A stretch of DNA of 64,000 nt from Candidatus Multivoradales bacterium (GCA_965248925.1 CBDFLE010000005.1:1120001-1184000), one strand, 5' to 3'. Positions 9,038 through 19,256 are shown, numbered from the stretch's first letter. Notes: generated by a model from the letters alone, not told the origin. A program made the numbers and translations.

Positions 9038-11185
9038 TCACCTATAGTCGAGTGCGCCATCGAAAACTCTTAAGTCGATGAATTCTAGGCCAGTATCATT
9101 GCTATCATAAATCTTGATATAGAGGTTGCCGTTGATCACATGGGTGATGGTGTCCGATGAAAAGACATGGAAGTCCTCGATGGCTATGCTCTTGAAAATA
9201 TCATCAACTACGGCCGAATAGAGATCGGCGGCCTTGCTCCTCTGTGTACGGTCGTCTGCAATTAGAGTATATCGGAACCCAAATCTACTTAGATGACCCT
9301 CAAGAAACTCAGCCTCAAAACCACTAGCGACTTCTATCCCTTCGACTCGAAATTGCTCCTTGCGACAGTATGTTTGGCCGCAGAGTGATATGGCTCCTTT
9401 GTCCAGGAGAGAGGCCATGTGCTCCTGATAGTCGTTCACGGACATGCCGAATTCAAGGTCTAGATGGATTTTGCTCTTGGCGACGGTCCTCGTTCTTCCT
9501 TGGTCGATTGCATGGCGAAATAGACGCTCATTGTCCTGAAACTGCACTCTTGATGAAACATCTACCGTGAAGTCATCTGGCCTGAGAGTCATAAAGAGAA
9601 CTTCCCCGTCAAGAGTTCCTTTCAGCCAGAACCTCTTGCCGTTATTCTTGAAGGGCCAGAAGCTCCTCTTGTTCTCATGAGGATAGGTTTTTATTATCGA
9701 ATATTCCCTGCCCTGTAAGTAGAGGAGAAACTCATCAAAAGACTCATGAGAAGTAGTTGAAAGTCTAATTTTTGTGTAATCCTCAAGGAGGGAAACGTCG
9801 AAGCGAAAAGAGCGACCTTCTACGCCCGAGAGCCAGACATTACCATTCGGCTTGATTGCAATGACACCATTCTGCTTTCTTACATCCCAGGAAAAGTCGT
9901 CTTCTGGGAACACCTCGTTCAGGCATCGCTCATCCTCACAATTCTTACCCTGCATCAATAGATCCAGGAGGTCATAATCGGAAACATTTGGGGGGTTCAA
10001 GGCCAAGCTCACGGAGTTGACGCGATATTCTGGACTTTCTAGCACCTCTCCGAGGTAGCGAGATTTCGACATGTAGATCATGTCTAGCTGAGCAAAAAAT
10101 ATGGTGTCGCTATCATGATCGAAGGACATCTTGAAGGTGGCATCGGCGTCAAGCTTGTATTGTGTCGGAAAGACGAACCGAGACAAGGTGCCATGAGTGG
10201 TATCCAGGATGTAGTAACTGATCCGGTTGTGTTCCAGTAGCGAATCGGCCAATTGTCGGCGCTTGATTCGAAGTATCAACTTGTCGCCCATGCATGCCAA
10301 TATGCTTGTTTCGGAGATGTCAAAGTCAGGGTCTTCGAACAAGTCAACTCTTGAGAAGTGAGCTTCGTCTCCGTTGGATTTCCACAGGAAAGGATTGCGC
10401 TTCATGGGGCTGGTGTGGTATGCCGTACCAAACATCTTACCATCGGCCACCTTGAAGACCTCGGAGAGCCTCAAGGTGTCTTCTGGTGTCGATGTCCCAC
10501 TTCTTAGTACGCTATCGTAGCGAAGGTAGTACGAGTTATTCAGGCTACTGCCCGATGGGGCATACCAATACTGCTCATTTTGATAGATCGGGGTCAAATG
10601 CTGTTTCGATTGAGCTACATCAGAATTGGAGGGGCGACGACTTGCGTCTTCAGGTGCCGGCTGTATCAGTGTCCAACTGGCGCCATTATCGAGACTGCGA
10701 TATAAATTACCACCAATGAACATCTGGATAGAACCGTCACCGCTAGTGATTTGAGTGAACTTTGCGCCATCTGAATACAATAGAGGGCTCGCCAGATTCT
10801 TTGCGGTCTTTGCCCAGCGCGCGAAGAAGAAATCCGGAACGTTGTCGAGCTTATCTCCTTTGATTAGCGCATTCTGTTCAGACATTGCCGGGGTCGAAAC
10901 CTCCTCCCAAGATAGGCCGCTATCTAGCGACCTGTACACTCGGAATGGTTTGCATCTAAAGGCTGGAAGAAGGCCGTCCGTACCGCAGTCAACATCTTCG
11001 TTGTCAAAGTACCCGATTGCGATGAGGGCTCCACTAGTTGCTCGATGTAGATTAAGGATATTTAGCGATATGGAGTCAGCGTTGCGGATTGTGCCTAGGT
11101 CGACCCAGAGAGAAGAGTCCTCTTTGACACAGCCAAGCACTAGCACCAGCAGTGTAAGAAGCACGGGGTGATGTAGTCGTTTCAT
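9038..11185 (-). CDS. Hypothetical lipoprotein with BNR/Asp-box (beta-propeller) motifs
   Basis: Lipobox LVLG-C; YRSLDSGLSW and YRSLDNGASW Asp-boxes; visibly lower GC than backbone. Confidence 0.75.
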   Translation of the reverse strand: MKRLHHPVLLTLLVLVLGCVKEDSSLWVDLGTIRNADSISLNILNLHRATSGALIAIGYFDNEDVDCGTDGLLPAFRCKPFRVYRSLDSGLSWEEVSTPAMSEQNALIKGDKLDNVPDFFFARWAKTAKNLASPLLYSDGAKFTQITSGDGSIQMFIGGNLYRSLDNGASWTLIQPAPEDASRRPSNSDVAQSKQHLTPIYQNEQYWYAPSGSSLNNSYYLRYDSVLRSGTSTPEDTLRLSEVFKVADGKMFGTAYHTSPMKRNPFLWKSNGDEAHFSRVDLFEDPDFDISETSILACMGDKLILRIKRRQLADSLLEHNRISYYILDTTHGTLSRFVFPTQYKLDADATFKMSFDHDSDTIFFAQLDMIYMSKSRYLGEVLESPEYRVNSVSLALNPPNVSDYDLLDLLMQGKNCEDERCLNEVFPEDDFSWDVRKQNGVIAIKPNGNVWLSGVEGRSFRFDVSLLEDYTKIRLSTTSHESFDEFLLYLQGREYSIIKTYPHENKRSFWPFKNNGKRFWLKGTLDGEVLFMTLRPDDFTVDVSSRVQFQDNERLFRHAIDQGRTRTVAKSKIHLDLEFGMSVNDYQEHMASLLDKGAISLCGQTYCRKEQFRVEGIEVASGFEAEFLEGHLSRFGFRYTLIADDRTQRSKAADLYSAVVDDIFKSIAIEDFHVFSSDTITHVINGNLYIKIYDSNDTGLEFIDLRVFDGALDYR

Positions 11186-11363
11186 GAGAGGTGAACCCTT
11201 TTCGTTGGACAGGCTATTTCCTTTGCTAAGGTGGACTCATAGTCCATCAGTTCAGGCTGCGGTATTTCCGGGTTTCTTGTGGATCCGATATTTGCGACCT
11301 CTGCGGACCTAGCCAGTCAAACTTCTCCCTAAAATCCTCTGTCTCCACCTCTTCAGAGGATAC

Positions 11364-11447
11364 ATCCGCCAAGCCTTGCTGGACGGTACCTACTCGCCGC
11401 AGCCTGTGCGGCGAGTAGAGGTCCTGAAGCCCCCGGGGCATGAGCGA
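11364..11447 (+). pseudogene. Group II intron reverse transcriptase fragment (RT0/RT1 region)
   Basis: Translates IRQALLDGTYSPQPVRRVEVLKPPGHER, matching the G-x-Y-x-P-x-PVRRV-x-IPK signature. Confidence 0.8.
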
Positions 11448-11511
11448 GATGCTGCGTGGGATTGTTGGTGTCTTGCCTCCGCTCTCCGAATCTTTCCCAA
11501 CAAACAAGCCA

Positions 11512-13119
11512 CTAGCCTCTCCAATCCTTGACGTAAAGAACATTAGTGTTATTCAACTGAATCACACTCTGTTTCCGCAACATCGCGGACGCCTCTTTTC
11601 CATACTTGTCAATCTCATCAATAGCGACGAAGGACTGTTTCTCAATCGATAGATAGAAACGAAAAAGGTTCGCGACGGAGTCATTCTCGACATTCTTAAA
11701 GAGAAGCGAGTCATGCGCAATGAATGGTAGAATCGTTGCCTGGAACACCGCCAAATCTAAGACGATCAGACTTGCGTATGCCGTGCCAGTCCCAGTATCT
11801 TCGAAAACCTCGTACGTATAACTATTCTCCTCGATTCCGATCTCAGGACTCTTTCGCTCAGGCCCAAAAATCAAGGTAACAATCCTGCGAAGCGTATCAT
11901 TCAATATGTTCTTGATAAGCTCGATCTCTTCGGCCTTCCTGGCAGAGAGGCTTTTCTTAAGTCCCTTGATATCTTCTCGAAGGCACTGGTTGTTCTCGAA
12001 ATGAAGATTCTCGTGTCTCGCTTCGCCTAGATCCACTGCTAGGTCATACACACGGTCTACTATGACTGTAGGCTGATCGATAGTCGATAATGTCTTGGCC
12101 ATCCGAGCTTCGATATTCGCGATCTCAGCATCGATTCGAGCCAAGTTTTCCTTCAGGTTTGCCTCAGATCCTCGAAGCTCTGTTTTCAACAGCTTCGCAA
12201 CGCCGCTATGGAACTCCTCGACTCTCGTCAAACGCCCCTTGTCAATTTCTGGAAAAAATCTGCTTAACGCAGCAAAGTGTCGACTCTTGATATGGCGATT
12301 GCCTGTGATATTCCCTTGAATTCGAGCCAATTTGCTTTCAAGATCCAGTTTAACAGAAAGCAGTTTATCCTTATGAAGCTTCAACTCTAATACTTCACGG
12401 TTGACTACTTCCGAGATATTAGTCGCGTACTTTGCCAGGTTAACTTTAATGTCATCGATTTCAGTCTCAATCGCAGCAATCCGACTTTCATTGGCTTTGG
12501 CTTTCCGCTTGTCGATTTTCGGAATAATCTGAGTCTTGAACGCGGCGTTCAGCGCCTTCCGCTCTTCTTCTCTAACTTTGAGGCTATTGGCAAGTTTCTT
12601 GATGGGTCCAAATCGATCAAATGTCTTAATCAAGTTGTCGACGCACTCTCGACCAGGCTTGACTTGCACCACATGAAGAGGTTTTTGCACGCTTAGGTTG
12701 TCTTTGCCCCACACCCTGAAGTACAAACCAACCAAAGACCGAAAACTTATTTCCTCAAGCTGGATTCCGTAGGCTGCCTTAAGAATGGCTGTGTATTCTT
12801 CAATAGGGATCGGCGTCGTTGGCTGATAATCTTCGCTGCACTTATATACCAAATCGGGCTGAAACGTCCCTCGCCGAAAGCGCATAAGTTCCCGGTTGAA
12901 CGTGAAGGAGAAGAAATAGTCGTGGTCCCCCAGCTCGGCGACCAGATCAATATTATGCTTTAGTAATGAATTGCCGCCAAAGGCGAAGTCGATGACCATC
13001 AGGAGGGTCGACTTGCCTATGGAGTTCGTACCGTTCTCATCTCCAAGCACTACATTCAGGCCAGGGCGAAAAGGGATCCGGTCGGTGCGAAATTTGTCGC
13101 AACGAACTTCAGTCAACAT
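11512..13119 (-). CDS. ABC-three-component/Lamassu SMC-like ATPase (LmuB-like, DUF2326)
   Basis: Walker A GDENGTNSIGKST, long coiled coil, C-terminal GTGTAYASLIVLDLA...FIAHDS. Confidence 0.85.
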   Translation of the reverse strand: MLTEVRCDKFRTDRIPFRPGLNVVLGDENGTNSIGKSTLLMVIDFAFGGNSLLKHNIDLVAELGDHDYFFSFTFNRELMRFRRGTFQPDLVYKCSEDYQPTTPIPIEEYTAILKAAYGIQLEEISFRSLVGLYFRVWGKDNLSVQKPLHVVQVKPGRECVDNLIKTFDRFGPIKKLANSLKVREEERKALNAAFKTQIIPKIDKRKAKANESRIAAIETEIDDIKVNLAKYATNISEVVNREVLELKLHKDKLLSVKLDLESKLARIQGNITGNRHIKSRHFAALSRFFPEIDKGRLTRVEEFHSGVAKLLKTELRGSEANLKENLARIDAEIANIEARMAKTLSTIDQPTVIVDRVYDLAVDLGEARHENLHFENNQCLREDIKGLKKSLSARKAEEIELIKNILNDTLRRIVTLIFGPERKSPEIGIEENSYTYEVFEDTGTGTAYASLIVLDLAVFQATILPFIAHDSLLFKNVENDSVANLFRFYLSIEKQSFVAIDEIDKYGKEASAMLRKQSVIQLNNTNVLYVKDWRG

Positions 13120-13333
13120 AGGAAATGATCCGGGTGTCGAAATCTATTTCGATACATCCCAAGAGGTAGAGCACATCGATCGCCAGGAGAAATTGATCAA
13201 CGCTTTCCAACTTCTTGGCGGTTTTATTGTACAGTTTTATAAGGTCGATTGAGCCCGGTCGCTGCTCAAGGATGAGACCTACAGCGCCTAAAGCAGAGTC
13301 CTTCAGCGCCACCATCTTGTTCGGTGTGATCAT
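13109..13333 (-). CDS. ABC-three-component middle component (LmuC-like)
   Basis: 74 aa, MITPNK...FLLAIDVLYLLGCI, overlapping both the effector and ATPase genes. Confidence 0.75.
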   Translation of the reverse strand: MITPNKMVALKDSALGAVGLILEQRPGSIDLIKLYNKTAKKLESVDQFLLAIDVLYLLGCIEIDFDTRIISYVD

Positions 13334-13587
13334 TCGAATACCTCGCAGTTTTGAACGAAGAATGACGTCACGATCTCGGCCGCTTCTAGGGTATCTGGCT
13401 CAGTTTTGATGTACAACCAGTCGACGATGTTCGAAAAGACCTCGTGCTGTGGTAATCCAAGACTCTTCTGTTTAAGATAATAAACTTTCACCTGTGTCGC
13501 GATTAGGTCGGACACTGCAGGGCTCAAGCGCTCCATCTCCAGGAACTTACTCCGGATATATTGATAATAATCAGCAACATTATACTT

Positions 13588-14860
13588 CACTGCTGTCCCG
13601 TTAACTTCGCAGAAAAATAGGCTCAAACCTCCCTGGTCTTGATAGAATCAGTCATCGCTAAACGGCTGAATCAAAGGGAGATCTGAGCCTTGGCACATCA
13701 TAGCACCGTCTTCGCCCAGCTACTGCAACTGATTTCGAGACATGAATTCGAGGCCCTCGCAAAACGCCACCACGCCGGTCGCCAGTTCCGCACTGCGAGC
13801 CGCTGGTCGCAGCTGGTGGCTCTGATGATGGCCCAGCTGTCCGGGCGTTCTAGCTTGCGCGACATCGTTGACAATCTACGAGCGCAGCGGCACAAGCTCT
13901 ACCATCTCGGCTGCCGAGTCCTGTCGCGATCTAACTTGGCACGGATCAACGAAGAGAAGCCCTATCTCCTTTTTGAAGAGCTATTTGGGAGACTTCTGGG
14001 GCATGCTCAGGCAGTGGCGCCCAAGCATACGTTCCGGTTCAAGAACCGCTTGTTCTCGCTTGACGCCTCGGTGATAGACCTCTGTCTGTCGATATTCCCA
14101 TGGGCGAAGTTTCGTACGACCAAGGGAGCGATCAAGCTGCATGTGGGGTTGGATCACGGTGGCTACTTGCCTGCCTTCGTTGCGATCTCGGATGGAAAAA
14201 CAGGTGACATCGCGGGCTGCAAGAGCCTGACGCTGCCACGAGGAAGCATCGTAGCTTGTGATCGTGGTTACAACAGCTACAGCTGGTTTCGTCAGCTGAG
14301 CGAGAAGGGTCTTTTCTTTGTGACCCGTCTGAAGCGCGGGGCCAAGTACCGCGTGACCGAACGTCGAAGAGTCAATCGTTCCAAGGGTTTGATGAGCGAC
14401 CAAACGATCGAATGGACCGGTGTGAAGGCGTGTCGTGACTGCCCGATGCCTCTGCGGAGAGTAGGCTATCGCGACCCTGAGACCGGCAAGATCTACTATT
14501 TCTTGACGAACCTGTTCCGCCTGTCACCTCAGACCATTGCCGATATCTACCACGAACGTTGGCAAATTGAACTCTTCTTCAAGTGGATCAAGCAGAATCT
14601 GAAGATCAAGACTTTCGTCGGCACCAGCCGCAACGCCGTGCTGACTCAGCTTTGGATCGCCATGTGCGTCTACCTATTGCTCGCTTTCATCAAGCACAAG
14701 CACCGTCTTTCCAGTAGTTTACGGGAGGCCTTGCGCCTCCTTCAATTGAACCTCTTTGAGCGCCGCGACCTCATGGCCCTCTTGAAACGAGAGCCGCCGC
14801 CGATCCCAGGACTAGACGAAAGACAACTGGTAATCGTCGGAAGTTAACGGGACAGCAGTG
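13588..14860 (+). mobile_element. IS4-family insertion sequence, copy 2
   Basis: Same IRs and length as copy 1; 9-bp TSD ATTATACTT (13579-13587, 14861-14869). Confidence 0.95.
13690..14847 (+). CDS. IS4-family DDE transposase
   Basis: Differs from copy 1 at two residues (GRAQ/GHAQ, LVMVGS/LVIVGS). Confidence 0.95.
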   Translation: MAHHSTVFAQLLQLISRHEFEALAKRHHAGRQFRTASRWSQLVALMMAQLSGRSSLRDIVDNLRAQRHKLYHLGCRVLSRSNLARINEEKPYLLFEELFGRLLGHAQAVAPKHTFRFKNRLFSLDASVIDLCLSIFPWAKFRTTKGAIKLHVGLDHGGYLPAFVAISDGKTGDIAGCKSLTLPRGSIVACDRGYNSYSWFRQLSEKGLFFVTRLKRGAKYRVTERRRVNRSKGLMSDQTIEWTGVKACRDCPMPLRRVGYRDPETGKIYYFLTNLFRLSPQTIADIYHERWQIELFFKWIKQNLKIKTFVGTSRNAVLTQLWIAMCVYLLLAFIKHKHRLSSSLREALRLLQLNLFERRDLMALLKREPPPIPGLDERQLVIVGS

Positions 14861-15381
14861 ATTATACTTGATCTTTCTTTGAGTTGGAATCGGCATCGAT
14901 TCGTCCAATTTTGCTTCTAGACTTCTTGGGTCATACTCAAGATCTGGCTCATCGGGATAGTCCGCGACTGTGTAGAGCCCCTCAATAACAACCCGGATGT
15001 CTCTCTCGATCTTGTAGGAAGATTGAAGTGTTTGCTGCTCCTCCTGTCGAAGCAGGGATCGTTTTTTCCGCACGAGCGCCCTGTACTCGTCAGCGATTCT
15101 TGGCTTGTCAAATTTCTTATGGCATGTCGCACACAATGGAATCAAGTTGTTTGGATGATTCACGTCAGCGTGCAGCTTTACCTCATTTCTCAGCTCATAC
15201 AGTTCGCTTTTACTTGGGTTGACGGGATAGATGTGGGCTAGGTCGTACATCTTATATGACCTTAAGTTCTTGACGTAGAAGAGATCACGTCCACACAGCG
15301 GGCAAATGCCTCTAGTTTGCGTGGTTAATGCCAACTCTTCGGCAGGGCTGTATTTCCGGCGATCATTTGTCATAGGATTTC

Positions 15382-15783
15382 CGAGGTTGGATGAACTACT
15401 TCGGCATTTCGGACTATTACCGACCTGTCGCAGAAATCGACAAGTGGATCCGAAGACTCATCTGAATGTGTTACTGGAAACAGTGGCGCTGGGTGCGCAC
15501 GAAGGTCCGTCATCTGCTCGCTTTGGGAACGAGTCGTCGTCAAGCAATTTTCACCGCGCTCAGTCGCAAGAGCTACTGGGACTTGTCGAAAACCTTGGCG
15601 ACACAGACCGGAATGACGAACAAATTGCTTCAAAGTCAGGGGCTGATCAGTTTCCGCGATCTGTGGATGAAAGCCCATGGCTATGCTTGAAACGATCGTG
15701 TGCTCCATCATTGTGAATCGCCTAGTGCGGACCCGTATGCTAGGTGGCGTGTTGGCCGGGGTTAGATCCCCCGGCTACCCGAT
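15382..15783 (+). mobile_element. 3' remnant of group IIC intron (maturase X domain, domains V and VI)
   Basis: RGWMNYFG...WIRRLI*MCYWKQW...GLISFRDLW (in-frame TGA 15463); DV GAATCGCCTAGTGCGGACCCGTATGCTAGGTGG with CGC triad; DVI ending ACCCGAT. Confidence 0.9.
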
Positions 15784-17120
15784 TAGCCGTCTGCACCGGT
15801 TTGCCTAACTGCATTCCGGATGGGTGCCGGAATTGCGTTGTCGTATAGTCGGTCATCTCCGACTGACATGCCTTGTTCTAGGATGAAGTCTGCCAGAATC
15901 ATCGCCTCATCGTCGTCCACTTCGCCAGACTCTAGGATTCCAAGCAGGGAACTCTGCGCCCCCCATTGATCTGCGCCGTACGCCACTGACCACATTCCAA
16001 CAAGGCAACCGCCTCGACTCTCGGTATCGACGACAGCGTGGAACAGTCGGCCTAAGAAGCTAGCAAATCCATTCATTGCGCTGAAGGGCCATCCCACAGT
16101 TCCGAGGCACTTCTCCATTTCATCCAAGAAGACACGCACGAACCTCGCAGACTCTGCTCCTACTGCATCGCAATAGGGCGCGAGCCGATCATCGGAAGAA
16201 AAGAAGTCAATTACTGGCTCTATGTAACCGCTGTAGACGTGATCTCTATACTCGGGCTCTGCGAGTGCTCTGTGCACCTGATCCCAGTGAGGTGCCGATC
16301 CATTGTCGGCTAACAGCACCTTTAGCGCGTCATTGCGAGGCGGCGTATCGGTTCGTAATGCCTCGATTCGATCAAAGTGCTCGGCAAAGTGAGCCGCAGA
16401 TGGATAGCGCTCAGTAGCGCTTGGCCGAGTAGCCCTTTGAATTACAGGAGAGTACGAACAACGATGGTGGTGATCTGGGTCTCTGCCGGTCATGACAAAG
16501 TTGAGCAGCTTCCCTAGCGAGTAGATGTCACTCTGAACCGTAGCACTTTTGAGGCTGTCCCGCTGCTCGGGCGCAACGTAGTACGCATGGCCGTAGTTGT
16601 CGACACTGCTCCGCGTGCGGTTCGACTGAGCACTGAGGTCCCTGCCCAGGCCAAAATCGCACACGACCACAGAATTGCAGTCGCGAGTGTCCAGGACTAA
16701 TGCATTGGATGGACTGATATCCCTATGCAGGATGCCGAGCTCGTGCGCCGACTGGATTGCACTCAGAATTCGGCGGAACATTACGACGCGCTCCGGTTCC
16801 TCCAGTGCAGTGTTGTTCCTCTTAATGAACCGATGAAGATTCATAGCTGCCACAGGCATGGCGTACCAGATGCCAGGCCCAACCAAGTTTCCCGAGTGGC
16901 CTAGGAGATCAACTACGCCCGCCACGCCCCTAAGACGTTCAAGCAGTGTGATTTCCCGCTTGAGCCGTGCTTGATAGACAGGATTGTTGTTGACTGAACT
17001 CCTTAAGCTCTTCACAGCAATGCCGTCGCCAGTCTTACGGTGACTGAATCTCTTTACGAGCGCGAATGCACCCTCGCCCATGACAGCGGTAGTTTCGTAA
17101 TCGCGAAGCTCAATACTCAT
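15783..17120 (-). CDS. Soluble Ser/Thr protein kinase with uncharacterised C-terminal domain; integron-cassette-like
   Basis: GEGAFALV, AVK, HRDISPSNAL, DFGLG, YVAPEQ, DIYSLG; flanked by GTTAGCC and GGCTA(A). Confidence 0.9.
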   Translation of the reverse strand: MSIELRDYETTAVMGEGAFALVKRFSHRKTGDGIAVKSLRSSVNNNPVYQARLKREITLLERLRGVAGVVDLLGHSGNLVGPGIWYAMPVAAMNLHRFIKRNNTALEEPERVVMFRRILSAIQSAHELGILHRDISPSNALVLDTRDCNSVVVCDFGLGRDLSAQSNRTRSSVDNYGHAYYVAPEQRDSLKSATVQSDIYSLGKLLNFVMTGRDPDHHHRCSYSPVIQRATRPSATERYPSAAHFAEHFDRIEALRTDTPPRNDALKVLLADNGSAPHWDQVHRALAEPEYRDHVYSGYIEPVIDFFSSDDRLAPYCDAVGAESARFVRVFLDEMEKCLGTVGWPFSAMNGFASFLGRLFHAVVDTESRGGCLVGMWSVAYGADQWGAQSSLLGILESGEVDDDEAMILADFILEQGMSVGDDRLYDNAIPAPIRNAVRQTGADG

Positions 17121-17347
17121 TGCGAATCCGGCTAACAATAAAGGTTCTATCTGAACTCCAAGCCAAGATCTCCCATCGTGCGGACGCGCCTCCCCGAGTT
17201 CAGATGGAAGCGAGTTGTACGAAGCCGCCGCCTGGCACGGACGTTGCGTTTAGGGGTTTGTATCCCTCAGCCGGGGACGAGCCCCGAGCCATCGTGGCAG
17301 TCGAAGGCAGGTGAGATCGCGGCATAAGTAGGGGGGGATTAGAGCGC

Positions 17348-17559
17348 CTCAGAGGTCGAAAAATTCCGCCGATTTCTTCCCCGCACACGCTCTGTAAGTG
17401 CTTGACCGGTCAGTGTTTAATCCCGTCGTGCCCATAATGGAGACAGCTTACCATGCGGGGGCACTGCGATGTCAAGGGCACTGTGGGGGCAGCACTCTGC
17501 CCCGCTGCCCCGTGCTTCTCAACGGCTGACCGCACGAAACCGGTTAGTGCAGAAGGTTG
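17348..17559 (-). repeat. Copy 2 of dispersed non-coding element (truncated by IS21)
   Basis: 25-mer at 17395-17419, -10 at 17445-17450, -35 at 17470-17475; clear identity to 21990-22200. Confidence 0.8.
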
Positions 17560-17710
17560 TGTCAGTGACCGCCCATATGGAGCCAAAGCGGGATCGCCGT
17601 AATGGCGCCAGTAGAAGATCGCCGTAATGGAGCTAGTAGCTGCTCTGTTCGAGGATCTCGGGCCTCTCCCGGGGATACCTTACTGCCAGTCGAAATGGCA
17701 GGAGGTGTCC

Positions 17711-19243
17711 GTGGGGAATCGGAGGTTCGAGATGTACGAGTACCGTCATGTGCTGGTCCGAATGCGGGCTGGCGACTCAGATAGAGAATTGGCTCGTGCG
17801 GGCCTGATGGGGCGTCGCAAGTCTGGTGAATTTCGTCGTTTGGTGACGGAATTGGGCTGGCTGAAGCCGTCGCGGCCGTTGCCCGAGGTGGCGACGTTGG
17901 CGGCGCAAGCGGTCCCGAAACGACCGAAACAGTCGTCGACATCGTTGGTAGAGCCACACGCTGAGATGGTTCGTCAGTGGGCGTCCCAGGGCGTTGACGG
18001 GACGACAATCCACCAGGCGCTGGTGCGCAAGTTCGATTTCCCAGGCAGCTACTCGTCGGTGCGGCGCTATCTGCGCCGGCTGGGCAGGTCGCAGCCTCGG
18101 CGCACGGTGATCCTGGACTTTGCACCCGGCGAGGCAGCGCAGGTGGATTTCGGCTCGGGGCCGCGGCTGGTCGAGGGCGGCAGTGAGATCCGCACGTGGT
18201 TCTTCGTGATGACGCTGTGCTGGAGTCGGCACCAGTAGGCGGAGCTGGTTCTCGACCAGAAGGTGGCGACGTGGCTGGCCTGCCATCGCCGAGCCTTCGA
18301 GTTCTTCGGCGGGGTGCCCCTGCGGGTGACCATCGACAACGCCAAATGTGCGATCACGCGAGCCTGCTGGCGAGATCCGGAGGTGCAACGATCCTACGCC
18401 GAGCTCGCCGAAGGCTACGGCTTCAAGATCGACCCGTGCCCACCTCGGGATCCCCAGAAGAAGGGGCGAGTGGAGTCGGGTATCAAGTACGTGAAGCGGA
18501 ACTTCCTGCCTCTGCGGGAGTTCCGAAACCTGAGCGATGGCAATGGTCAGCTCGAAGCCTGGGTGCTCGGCCGGGCAGGCAATCGGATCCACGGCTCGAC
18601 CCGTGAGCGGCCCCTGACGCGCTTTGCCGAGACCGAGCGTGATCTGCTCCAGACCTTGCCGGCTGCCGCCCCGGAGCCTTCGACCTGGGCCCGTGCGATC
18701 GTGCCTGCAGATCACCATGTGCGCCTTGAGCATGGCCGCTACTCAGTGCCCTACACACTGATCGGTGAGCGGTTGTGGCTGCGGGCAACACCGACCGCGG
18801 TTCAGGTCTACGAGGAGTACACGATGGTGGCGGCGCACCCGCGCATGAGACCTGGAAAGCGCTCGACGGTCGATGACCACCTACCGCCGGAAGCTCTGGC
18901 GCACAAACGGCGGACACCGGATTGGTGCCGCTCGCAGGCCGAGTCGATTGGCCCTTCCTGCCAGGGGCTGATCGACGCCCTATTCGCCGACCGCGTGCTG
19001 GACAACCTGCGGGCTGCGCAAGGTGTCATCCGGCTCGCAGAGCGCTACGGAGAGGACCGATTGGAGGCCGCTTGCGAGCGGGCGCTGGCCTTCGAGAATC
19101 CGCGCTATCGGTGCGTCAAGACGATCCTCGAGCGGGGGCTCGACCAGCACTGCGTCGAGCCCCCGGAGTCCGTCCAGCTTGCCGCGAGTTACACCGGCTC
19201 GGGCCGCTTCTGCCGTGACACCCGAAATCTGTTGGCGCACTGA
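17711..19243 (+). pseudogene. istA: IS21 transposase IstA with in-frame TAG (18236-18238)
   Basis: PGEAAQVDFG, DNAK, KGRVES motifs in one frame across HQ*AE. Confidence 0.88.
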
Positions 19244-19256
19244 TGTGGAGGCCCCA

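Larger units (their letters stand above)
13330..15373 (-). pseudogene. HNH-endonuclease effector of ABC-3C/Lamassu system (LmuA-like), split by IS4
   Basis: CPLC...AHIYP...NLIPLCATCHKKFD HNH; removing IS4 and one TSD fuses ...QRKIKYN to VADYYQY...FFVQNCEVFE, giving a 253-aa ORF. Confidence 0.88.

Noticed and set aside
11364-15690. RT fragments as a retron, DGR or defence-associated RT
   Set aside because: X domain plus DV/DVI identify a group II intron; the catalytic YADD region is absent
18236-18238. Pyrrolysine or programmed readthrough of the istA TAG
   Set aside because: No pyl genes in view; a single Tyr-to-stop change is simpler
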